Source of the DNA: Dehalococcoidia bacterium
GTDB lineage: Bacteria > Chloroflexota > Dehalococcoidia > Plut-88900
DNA: 64,000 bases
Assembly (NCBI GenBank): GCA_965207225.1
Contig: CBDBLV010000005.1
Coordinates: forward strand, 352,001 to 416,000
Direction: 5' to 3'
Below, piece by piece: positions 37,388 to 46,898 of this stretch. Every line of letters begins with the position of its first letter. Within the stretch, counting starts at the first letter, position 1. Under the pieces are notes generated by a model. That model made no database searches. It saw nothing but the letters and a program-made list of their open reading frames with translations, and was not told the origin of the DNA. Position numbers and translations under genes: made by a program.

Positions 37388-40300
37388 ATGGACTTCAACT
37401 GGAAGGGAATCCACTCGCTAGAAGGCTCTCAAGCAAAGGCATTCGAGGAATTATGTGCACAACTTGCTAGCGTCGAAACACCGGACGGAGCGAGTTTCAT
37501 CCGAAAAGACTCCCCGGATGCCGGAGTCGAGTGCTTCTGTATTCTAACTGACGGTAGCGAATGGGGCTGGCAGGCAAAGTACTTCTGCGAACCACTCACT
37601 CAGTCCCAGTGGTCGCAACTTGACAAATCTGTCAAGACGGCTCTAGACAAGCACCCCGCCCTCGCACGTTATTACGTTTGCATTCCGACGAATCTGCCAG
37701 ATGCACGTGTCCTTGGTAAGAAATCTGCGCTGGATCGATGGAACGATCATGTTACCAAGTGGGAAGAATGGGCTCAAGAGAGGGGAATGAGCGTTCGATT
37801 CATCAGGTGGGATTCATTCGAGCTGGTCAAACTACTCTCCAAACAGAGTGAAGCCGGACGTCGGTTGTTCTGGTTCGGAGATGTCGAGTTCAATCAATCT
37901 TGGTTCAAAGACCGGCTAGCAGAGGCGATTGACTCGGCCGGCCTAAGATACACACCGGAACTTCACATAGAACTGGATATTGCGCGCCAGTTGTATTTAT
38001 TTGCTAGGACCAAGAGTGCTATCGAAGGGGTCAAATTTTTTGCCCGAGAAATAAGGCGTAAACTCCGTGGCATAGCTTCCTTGAGGGCAAGCAATAGTAG
38101 TCTTCCGGATGATGTAGATTTGAGCGAACTCCTACAAGTGGGAGGCGGCATCCTCAAGGGGTTCGAGAAGCTCCACTACGTACCTGTTGGTGAGATGCCT
38201 CTAGCCCACATTATCGATGACATTAACAGAGCCGATTCAATTGCGGAGGGTCTCATAAATCAATTGTGGCGGCTTGAAAGCGACCATGAGGCTCAGCAAG
38301 CGATAAGCAAACAGGAGAGGTTATATCAGTCCAATCCATTCGCGACCTGGACCTACCACTTTTCCCAACTTCAAAATACGTTGAGCGAAACAGGAACTCG
38401 TCTCTCCCAGGCATGTAAGTTCGTTAACAATCGCCTTATGATAATCAAAGGCGATGCGGGCAATGGGAAAACTCACTCGCTATGTGACTTCGCCAAAGAG
38501 TGTCTGGACTCGGGCATTCCCGCTGTCCTGCTATTGGGTCAATGGTTTTCCCGGCCAGGCGAGCCTTGGACGCAGCTGCTCCAACAGGTTGGGCTGAACG
38601 GGAAGTCACCAGACGAGCTTATTGGAGCATTGGAAGCTGCGGCGCAGGCTTCCAACTCCCGTGCCATTCTGATAGTGGATGCTCTGAATGAGGGGCGTGG
38701 CCCTGAGATTTGGCCAGGGCATCTAGATGCCTTCTTGTCTCGTATTGCGCAATCTCCGTGGATAGGTGTCGTAATTTCCATCCGTTCATCCTACGAAAAT
38801 GATTTGCTATCTAGGGCGATCAGTGACCGGGCGGCAGTGGCGATTCACGATGGCTTTTCAGGGCAAGAATATGAAGCTGCGACAGGGTTCTTCTCTCATT
38901 ATGGAATTGAGTTTCCATCCACCCCATTGTTGCAACCGGAATTCCAAAGGCCACTATTCCTCAAGATCCTCTGTGAGGGCTTGCATCTAAAGGGAATGCG
39001 AAGAATGCCGAAGGGGTTCCAAGGCATTACGGCGGTGTTTGGCCTCTACCTAGACGCCGTAAACGAGAGGCTCGCTAAGCGTTCCCGTCTCGACTACGAC
39101 GCGGGAGAGAACTTGGTCCGAAAAGCCTTGAATGCACTTGCAGAAGAGCGAGTCCGGACAAAGAGCGCTTTTGTCGCGAAAACGCGCGCCCAAGAGCTCG
39201 TAGACGAGCAATTACCGGGAAGGACATTCAGTACATCCCTTTACCATGGCTTGATCACCGAGGGTGTCTTAATGGAAGACATCGTCTGGTGGGATAGTGA
39301 GACTTCGGACAACGTTGTCTCCATCACCTACCAGCTATTCGAGGATAATATAGTTGCAGATTTTCTGCTGCGAACATACATAGATAAAGCAAACCCCAAG
39401 GCTGCATTTGCCCCTGACGGAGGATTAGCTTATCTCTGTGACAAGAAGGAATACCCAAACTCCGGTCTTATCGGAGCTCTTTCCATTCAGGTGCCTGAGC
39501 ATACTGGTTGCGAACTTCTCAGGATCGCTCCGAAGCTTTGGGATAACCCAAGAATTGGAAAGGCATTCCTAGGAAGCATAGTTTGGAGGAGCCTTGATGC
39601 CTTTTCTCAGGATACCCTAGACCTCCTCGACGAGCTAATCGACGGCCAAAAGATTTTGGATGACCCTCTTGACTCTATTCTCAGTATTTCGACTATTCCT
39701 GGGCACTACCTAAATGCCACATGGTTGGACGATAGGCTTAGACAGAAATCCATGGCTGAACGAGATTCGAGGTGGAGCATTTATCTGCACCATACCTGGG
39801 GAACCAAGGGCCCGGTGGACCGGATACTCGATTGGGCTTCTCGCCTACCGGCGAATGACCAAGTTGAAGATTCGGTGGTGGACCTCGCAGCCATTACTCT
39901 GACATGGATGCTCACGACTTCCAACCGTGCATTGCGGGACAAGGTTACTAAGGCCTTGGTCACGTTGTTGACCGGTAGGCTTGAGTCCACGGTACGCTTG
40001 GTTGCTCGGTTCTCAAATGTGGATGACCCCTACGTCACGGAACGGCTGTATGCCGCCGCATACGGGGTTTCCATGCGTAGTCATGAATCCAATGAGGTAA
40101 GTGAACTCGCTACATTGGTCTACAACAATGTATTTGGATCAGGAAGACCTACTGCTCATATTTTACTTCGCGACTATGCGCGTGGCGTTGTTGAAAGAGC
40201 CGTGTATCTCGGGGCGCGATTGGACATTGATGAACGGTTAATTCGACCCCCTCATCACAGCGATTGGCCGGACATCCCGAGTGAAGAGTCCCTTGAGTCA

Positions 40301-41911
40301 CTAAGGCCCAATCACAGCGAGGGTACATTGTCTGCTAGCGGCTCAGAATGGGCCAAGCACCGTATCTGGTGGTCCGTTATGGAGGATGACTTTGCCCGCT
40401 ACGTCATTGGAACGAATTTCGGTAACAGCAATTGGCTCTCACTTCGACTCGATGAGGCCCCATGGCATTCCCCTGACGAACGACTCGAGACATTGATTGG
40501 GGAGTTTGACAGGCCTGCAAAAGCGGCTTGGACAGACTGGAGCAATGCGAAATCAGGTCTATCCATGGCTCGCCTCCAGGTAATTCAAGGAGAGTTATCC
40601 GAAGATGAATGGGAAGAAGCGGCAAAGCGAGTGGAAGGGCTTCGTCGGAGAATGATGCGATTGCTCACCGTAGAGCAAGAATCTGCATTGCAGGCCATCG
40701 AGAATGCTAGAAAAGCAAGTTCGCCAAGCTTCGATCTGAGCCAAATACAGAGATATGTCGCCTGGAGAGTATTCGACCTTGGATGGACCACTGAACGATT
40801 TGGGAAGTTCGATACCCGTGGTATCAACTATACTGGCATGGTCGCTCCCAAGACCGAGCGGATAGGCAAGAAATACCAGTGGATCGCATTCTACGAGATA
40901 CTTGCCTATATCGCTGACCATTTTCAGTACCGTGAGCAAACAGCTGATGATGTGCGACCTTATAGAGGGCCCTGGCAGGAGCACCTGAGAAACACTGACC
41001 CATCGTGCACGGTAGAGTCTACGCCTGGCGGCAAGTCTTGGTTGCCCCACGAGCAGTCATGGTGGAGCAAAGCCGCCTACACCGACTGGCAAGAAAACAG
41101 TACTCATGTGGAGTGGCTCAACCGGGATGAGGGACTTCCCAACATTGATGACTTATTGAGAGTTACCCGTCCTAGTGACGGTAGCAACTGGATCAGCGCA
41201 TATGGCAACTTCATCTGGTGGCAACCCCTTACAATTGATATCGAGCCGGGGGAAGCTGACCAGAGAAAGCTGGAAGTGGGAGTCAAAGGCTACCTTGTGA
41301 AACGCCAAGATGCCGACTCATTCATGGAGTGGGCCGAGACAGTTAGTAATTGGGGATTGTGGATGCCGGGTGAACTCCACTCGAGCAGCCTGTTCCTTGG
41401 TGAATACGGCTGGTCGCCGGCCTATAGGCATTTGAACGCTCCTTACTATGGAGGGGGAGATTGGCCTCGACCGAGTGGTTGTCCGGTCGCCGTTCAACCA
41501 CTCGCATGCAAATATTTTGTAGAAGCCAGCTCCGATTTTGCTGTGGACGAAGGCTTTACTTTGCATCTACCTCATCCCGAATTTGTTGACTGGGCCGAAG
41601 TCAAATGGCTTGGTAAGGGCGCTGACTACAGAGACTGGCAAGGCAAAGTCGGGGCTTTCGACCCGACTGCCCACGAGGCAGGCCCTGCGGCTTTGCTGCT
41701 GCGCGAAGATCTGCTAGATACATTTCTGTCCAAGAATGGGCTAGTGCTTTGCTGGACGATTTCTGGAGAAAAGTTGGTATCACTCAAAGGATGGAGACCC
41801 AACGATGTCGGCTATACAGTAATTGCAGGTGCATACCGATATAGTGCGGGAGAGCCGAAGGGTTTCCTCAATTTCGAACATGTGAGGCCGAGCATTGCAA
41901 CTGGAACCTAG
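37388..41911 (+). CDS. STAND NTPase with N-terminal restriction-endonuclease-like domain (AVAST/Avs-like antiphage protein)
   Basis: AFEELC...PDAGVE...GWQAKY nuclease-like motif; Walker A GDAGNGKT; Walker B LIVDALNE; ERD..WS and ERIGKKYQWIA motifs. Confidence 0.75.
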   Translation: MDFNWKGIHSLEGSQAKAFEELCAQLASVETPDGASFIRKDSPDAGVECFCILTDGSEWGWQAKYFCEPLTQSQWSQLDKSVKTALDKHPALARYYVCIPTNLPDARVLGKKSALDRWNDHVTKWEEWAQERGMSVRFIRWDSFELVKLLSKQSEAGRRLFWFGDVEFNQSWFKDRLAEAIDSAGLRYTPELHIELDIARQLYLFARTKSAIEGVKFFAREIRRKLRGIASLRASNSSLPDDVDLSELLQVGGGILKGFEKLHYVPVGEMPLAHIIDDINRADSIAEGLINQLWRLESDHEAQQAISKQERLYQSNPFATWTYHFSQLQNTLSETGTRLSQACKFVNNRLMIIKGDAGNGKTHSLCDFAKECLDSGIPAVLLLGQWFSRPGEPWTQLLQQVGLNGKSPDELIGALEAAAQASNSRAILIVDALNEGRGPEIWPGHLDAFLSRIAQSPWIGVVISIRSSYENDLLSRAISDRAAVAIHDGFSGQEYEAATGFFSHYGIEFPSTPLLQPEFQRPLFLKILCEGLHLKGMRRMPKGFQGITAVFGLYLDAVNERLAKRSRLDYDAGENLVRKALNALAEERVRTKSAFVAKTRAQELVDEQLPGRTFSTSLYHGLITEGVLMEDIVWWDSETSDNVVSITYQLFEDNIVADFLLRTYIDKANPKAAFAPDGGLAYLCDKKEYPNSGLIGALSIQVPEHTGCELLRIAPKLWDNPRIGKAFLGSIVWRSLDAFSQDTLDLLDELIDGQKILDDPLDSILSISTIPGHYLNATWLDDRLRQKSMAERDSRWSIYLHHTWGTKGPVDRILDWASRLPANDQVEDSVVDLAAITLTWMLTTSNRALRDKVTKALVTLLTGRLESTVRLVARFSNVDDPYVTERLYAAAYGVSMRSHESNEVSELATLVYNNVFGSGRPTAHILLRDYARGVVERAVYLGARLDIDERLIRPPHHSDWPDIPSEESLESLRPNHSEGTLSASGSEWAKHRIWWSVMEDDFARYVIGTNFGNSNWLSLRLDEAPWHSPDERLETLIGEFDRPAKAAWTDWSNAKSGLSMARLQVIQGELSEDEWEEAAKRVEGLRRRMMRLLTVEQESALQAIENARKASSPSFDLSQIQRYVAWRVFDLGWTTERFGKFDTRGINYTGMVAPKTERIGKKYQWIAFYEILAYIADHFQYREQTADDVRPYRGPWQEHLRNTDPSCTVESTPGGKSWLPHEQSWWSKAAYTDWQENSTHVEWLNRDEGLPNIDDLLRVTRPSDGSNWISAYGNFIWWQPLTIDIEPGEADQRKLEVGVKGYLVKRQDADSFMEWAETVSNWGLWMPGELHSSSLFLGEYGWSPAYRHLNAPYYGGGDWPRPSGCPVAVQPLACKYFVEASSDFAVDEGFTLHLPHPEFVDWAEVKWLGKGADYRDWQGKVGAFDPTAHEAGPAALLLREDLLDTFLSKNGLVLCWTISGEKLVSLKGWRPNDVGYTVIAGAYRYSAGEPKGFLNFEHVRPSIATGT

Positions 41912-41983
41912 ACCTAGATTAGCGAAGTCCTTTGGTGTAGCCCCCCAAGACTTCGAAACCCAGACTGGTGAATGCCCATAAAG

Positions 41984-42700
41984 ATGAAGGGCAAGGTGGC
42001 AATTGTCACCAGAAGGGACAGGGGAATTGGCGATGCGATTGCGAGGCTCCTCGCCTCGTAGGGAGCCCGCGCCACCATCGGGGATATCCGAGCTAAAGAA
42101 GGCCGGAGAGTGGCTAGGGAAATAAACGACAGTGGGGGGACAGGTCCTGTTCGTCACTCTCGATGTCATCCGAGAGGAGGACCGGGAGGCTGCCATCGGG
42201 ATTGTGGTAAATGAGCTCCGCAAGCTGAACGTCCCAATTAACAACGCCGTAATCCACAGCCCCGAAATCGTGTACGAGACGAGCCTTGATACGTGGGAGC
42301 ACTCGATGGCGGGCCACGTCACGGTCCTCTTCATAGGGACCAAGCTCGCCATCCCGGAGATGAAGACGACCTGTGGGGGCTCGATAGTGAACATGTCCTC
42401 CGCTTTCGGTATTGTAGCGACCTACGAGGCCGCGGACTACACGGCATCCAAGGGAGCATTAAGAATCCTGACAAAAGCCACCGCGGCTCTATAAGGCAGG
42501 TATAACATACGGTCTATTTCCATCCATCCGGGTCCAATAGACACCTGTATGCCGGGTACCAGGACACTCCACGACCTGCCCGTAGGACGAATGGGACGTC
42601 CGGAGGGAATAGCAGAAGGAGCCCTGTACAGGCCTCCGACCAGTCCTCCTTCATGACTGGGATCGAACTGCCCATCGATGGCGGCAAGATCATCGTCTAG
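41984..42700 (+). pseudogene. short-chain dehydrogenase (SDR) pseudogene
   Basis: MKGKVAIVT...GIG, NNA, GSIVNMSS, YTASKG, IHPGPIDT; in-frame stops and frameshifts. Confidence 0.85.
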
Positions 42701-42781
42701 GGCCTGGGACGGCAGATGACGTAGGCAGAAATTACTGCCGGAAAACTCTTACTAAAAAACGTGACAATTCGACGGGGAGGT

Positions 42782-43550
42782 ATGACTAACATAGAAGTTA
42801 ACGGTAAGAAGACCTTTAGCATGTCCGCGAGACATAGCCAACGGAGAGATGCGAGGGAAGGCGGAGGTGCATGTCCACTGGGCTCGGGGTAATTACCTGA
42901 TCTGGAAGCCTCAGCTTCAGGCCCTCGCCCGAGACCACCTCCCCATAGGCATCGACCTTCCGGGCCACGGCGATTCCGAGGGCCCAGGATCGGCCGAAAT
43001 CTCGGAATACAGTGATTTCATCAAGGGTGTAGAAGATTCGCCTGGCCTAGAATCGTTTGTCAAAGTCGGACACTCTATGGGAGGTTCAATAGGCCTGGAC
43101 TACGCTCTGCGCTACTCCGGTGTAGAAGCCCTGATATTGGTTGGGGCCGGGGCCGACTGGGACATAGACCTGGATTTCGTTGAGCTTTTCAGGACCGACT
43201 TCGAACGGGCGGTCAGGGAAGGCCTGAAGATGAACTTTGGCAAGAAGACGCCCTGGTCAATTCGGGAACTGCATGAATAGAATAACCGGACTACACCCGT
43301 GGATTCGCAAGTTGGGGACTTTGTGGCCTGCAACTAGATTGACGTGGAAGCGGAGCTTAGGAAGGTGGACATCCCCGCATGTGTGCTATGCGGCGAGGAA
43401 GACCCTTATGCCCGTGAATCCAGGGGGATGATTAACAAGATGGCGCAAGCTCAGGCCCACTGGCTGCCGGGCATCGGGCATTTCCCGTCCATCGAATACC
43501 CACTCGCGACCAACAAGATTATGCTCGACTATCTCAGATCTTTCTCATAG
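42782..43550 (+). pseudogene. alpha/beta hydrolase pseudogene
   Basis: DLPGHGDS, GHSMGG, GEED, GHFPSIE; frameshift and stop codons. Confidence 0.85.
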
Positions 43551-43804
43551 AAATATTCGGAATCAGCTACTTCGCTGCAAGACACAACCTCGATACGACG
43601 GTAGTGGTCGTAATTGGCTCGATAGTCAAGAGTGGCCCGTAGATTACGCGTTGCCACCGTTGGTATGAACTGCCCGGAAGTGCTGTCTCTCTTTGAAAAC
43701 AACTCGTGTCAGTAGGAAGCACAGGCTTGAAGGCAGGCGATCGTTGACGTAGCATTGGCCCGAATCTTGGCGCCCGTCTCAGAAGCTGCTTAGAACACTC
43801 AAAT

Positions 43805-46800
43805 ATGACAGAGAGTTTCTTTGAATCACCCATCCTCAACTCGCCGTACGAGTACCCGACGCGCTATTGGGAACTCGATGATGACCGCCAGCCCACGAAC
43901 CAGATTATTCAGCAACGCCGACCTGCCGCTTATATCACTCCAGTTCCCCAAGCGAGGAAGCAACGAGGGCGGCCTCAACAACGAGAAATGGTGCTCAATG
44001 AAGGGCGAGGGCTCTCAACGGAAGAGCAGCAGTACGACCCGACTTCGACCATCAATGTGCTAAGGCATCATGTAGACCGATGGCGTGCAATGCCTGAGTC
44101 GCATCAGGGAGTAACGCCCGAGACAGCACGACTTCTGAAGCATTGGAGATATCACAGATTCAGTAACATCCAGCCCTTTTTCTGCCAAGTGGAGGCAGTT
44201 GAGACGATAATCTGGCTAACCGAAGTAGCTCCGGTTCGACGCAGCAGAGAGATTCGCCAACTCCTCGATCAGCTGGACAGAGCTAACGAACAGGCAAATC
44301 CTGGCCTTGCACGCCTGGCGTTGAAGCTGGCTACTGGAGCGGGCAAGACGACTGTTATGGCTATGCTGATCGCTTGGCAAACGATCAACTCCGCGCGACG
44401 ACCTAACAGCCGTAGCTTTACCCGAGGGTTCCTTGTAGTCACGCCTGGCCTCACAATCCGTGACCGCTTGCGGGTGCTATTGCCGAACGATCCAGACAGC
44501 TATTACAGGAGTCGGGAACTGGTGCCGCGGGATATGGTCTCCGACCTAGAGCGGGCAAAAATCGTTATAACCAACTACCACGCCTTCAAGTTACGGGAGA
44601 CGGTCGAACTCTCAAGAAGTGGACGTGCGTTGCTCCAGGGGCGCGGGCCCGAAATCCGGTCAATCGAGACTGAAGGACAGATGTGCCAGAGAGTCATGCC
44701 AGAACTCCTGGGTTTGCGCAGCATAATGGTGTTCAATGATGAGGCTCACCACTGCTACCGGGAGAAGCCTGGTGAAGCTGATGAAGGTGCTCTTGCCGGT
44801 GACGACCGCAAGGAAGCCGAAAAGAACAGCGAGACAGCAAGGCTCTGGATCAATGGCCTTGAAGCCGTGAACCGAAAGATCGGTCTTCAGCGTATTGTGG
44901 ATCTTTCAGCGACCCCGTTCTTCCTTCGCGGCTCCGGTTACGCTGAAGGTACGATGTTCCCGTGGACGATGAGCGACTTTTCTCTAATGGATGCCATCGA
45001 GTGCGGCATCGTGAAACTGCCGAGGGTACCTGTTGCCGACAACGTACCTGGAACCGAGATGCCGGTGTTACGGAACTTGTGGGAGCACGTGCGACCGAAC
45101 ATGCCGAAGAGGGGACGAAGCAAGTCGGGTGCGCTTGACCCCCTCAGAATCCCCGTAGAGTTACAGACGGCGCTCGAGGCCCTCTATGGTCACTATGCGG
45201 AAACTTTCAAGCTTTGGAAGGATGCCGGTGTCGAGGTTGATCCGTGTTTCATAGTTGTTTGTAATAACACCTCTACGTCCAAGCTTGTCTTTGACTATAT
45301 TTCTGGCTTCTACCAGAAGAACGAAGATGGCTCGACGACCCTCCAGAACGGCCGTCTCGAGCTGTTCCGGAACTTCGACGCGCAAGGCAATCCTTTCCCC
45401 AGGCCGCACACGTTGCTGATCGATAGCGAGCAGCTCGAGTCCGGTGAGGGCCTTGACCGAAGCTTCCGCGAGGCCGCCACCGAGGAGATCGAGCGCTTCC
45501 GCCGCGAGCAAGTTCAGAGGACGGGAGATCGCGCCGCTGCAGAGAAGATCACTGAGCAGGACCTGCTCCGCGAAGTTATGAACACTGTCGGCAAGCCAGG
45601 TCAGCTCGGCGACTCGATTCGCTGCGTTGTCTCTGTGTCGATGTTGACTGAGGGATGGGACGCGAACACGGTAACGCATGTTCTCGGCGTGCGGGCATTC
45701 AGTACGCAGTTGCTCTGCGAGCAGGTGATCGGACGCGCACTGCGTCGCCAGTCCTATGAACTAAACGAGGATGGACTTCTTAGTGTTGAATATGCCGACG
45801 TGCTCGGAATTCCGTTTGACTTTACGGCAAAGCCGGTCGTAGGGCCTCCCCAGAAACCGCACCAGACGGTGGAGGTACGTGCCGTTACGCCTGACCGAGA
45901 CGACCACGAGATTTTCTATCCACGGGTCGAAGGCTACCGCATAGAATTACCCAACGAGCGGCTCGACGCCGACTTCAACGACGAGTCGACTCTTGTGCTG
46001 ACACCTGATCTCACCGGACCCACACGAACCCGGAACGAGGGAATCATTGGCGAGGGAGTGAACCTTGACATTGATCACCTAGGAGATCTGCGAACGTCGA
46101 CACTTGTATATGAGCTTACGCGCCGACTGCTGGAGACGAAGTGGCGTGATCCTGCCGGGGAACCGAAGCTCCACCTCTTCGGTCAACTGAAGCGCGTCAC
46201 CCGCCAGTGGCTTGACCGGCATCTCGTCTGCAAGGGAGGTACTTATCCAGCGCAACTCTTGTACCGAACCTTAGCCGACACCGCTTGTGAGCGAATCACA
46301 GCGGGCATAAACCGAGCATTCCTAGGGGAGCGACCCATCCGGGCAGTATTGGATCCCTACAACCCATCCGGGTCGACCCGCTATGTCCGCTTCACGACTT
46401 CAAAGCGAACTCGGTGGAAGACGGACCCGCGCCGGTGCCACGTCAACTGGGTGGTCTGCGATGGAGATTGGGAGGCCGAGTTTTGTCGTGTAGCTGAAGC
46501 CCATCCACGCGTGCGTTCCTACGTCAAGAATCAGGGACTCGGATTTGAGGTTCCCTACCTCTTTGGCGGAGAGTTGCGTCGCTATATCCCCGACTTCATT
46601 GTGCTGGTGGACGACGGAAACGGTGATGACGACCTTCTGAATCTCGTGGTAGAGATCAAGGGGTACCGTGGCGAGGACGCCAAGGAGAAGAAGGCGACCA
46701 TGGACACCTACTGGGTGCCCGGGGTAAATCATCTCAGAAGTTATGGCCGTTGGGCCTTTGCTGAGTTCACCGACGTGTATGCCATACAGGACGACTTTGA

Positions 46801-46894
46801 GACGCAGGTCGAAATTCGCTTCGCCGAGGTTATCAATTCTATTGCAACTAGCAATCAGATCCCTGCGGCAGTCACTACCAATTTGAGGAACTGA
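43805..46894 (+). CDS. res: type III-like restriction enzyme Res subunit (SF2 helicase plus nuclease)
   Basis: ATGAGKT, DEAHH, LSATP, MLTEGWD, QVIGR, YIPDF...VEIKG. Confidence 0.9.
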   Translation: MTESFFESPILNSPYEYPTRYWELDDDRQPTNQIIQQRRPAAYITPVPQARKQRGRPQQREMVLNEGRGLSTEEQQYDPTSTINVLRHHVDRWRAMPESHQGVTPETARLLKHWRYHRFSNIQPFFCQVEAVETIIWLTEVAPVRRSREIRQLLDQLDRANEQANPGLARLALKLATGAGKTTVMAMLIAWQTINSARRPNSRSFTRGFLVVTPGLTIRDRLRVLLPNDPDSYYRSRELVPRDMVSDLERAKIVITNYHAFKLRETVELSRSGRALLQGRGPEIRSIETEGQMCQRVMPELLGLRSIMVFNDEAHHCYREKPGEADEGALAGDDRKEAEKNSETARLWINGLEAVNRKIGLQRIVDLSATPFFLRGSGYAEGTMFPWTMSDFSLMDAIECGIVKLPRVPVADNVPGTEMPVLRNLWEHVRPNMPKRGRSKSGALDPLRIPVELQTALEALYGHYAETFKLWKDAGVEVDPCFIVVCNNTSTSKLVFDYISGFYQKNEDGSTTLQNGRLELFRNFDAQGNPFPRPHTLLIDSEQLESGEGLDRSFREAATEEIERFRREQVQRTGDRAAAEKITEQDLLREVMNTVGKPGQLGDSIRCVVSVSMLTEGWDANTVTHVLGVRAFSTQLLCEQVIGRALRRQSYELNEDGLLSVEYADVLGIPFDFTAKPVVGPPQKPHQTVEVRAVTPDRDDHEIFYPRVEGYRIELPNERLDADFNDESTLVLTPDLTGPTRTRNEGIIGEGVNLDIDHLGDLRTSTLVYELTRRLLETKWRDPAGEPKLHLFGQLKRVTRQWLDRHLVCKGGTYPAQLLYRTLADTACERITAGINRAFLGERPIRAVLDPYNPSGSTRYVRFTTSKRTRWKTDPRRCHVNWVVCDGDWEAEFCRVAEAHPRVRSYVKNQGLGFEVPYLFGGELRRYIPDFIVLVDDGNGDDDLLNLVVEIKGYRGEDAKEKKATMDTYWVPGVNHLRSYGRWAFAEFTDVYAIQDDFETQVEIRFAEVINSIATSNQIPAAVTTNLRN

Positions 46895-46898
46895 ACGC

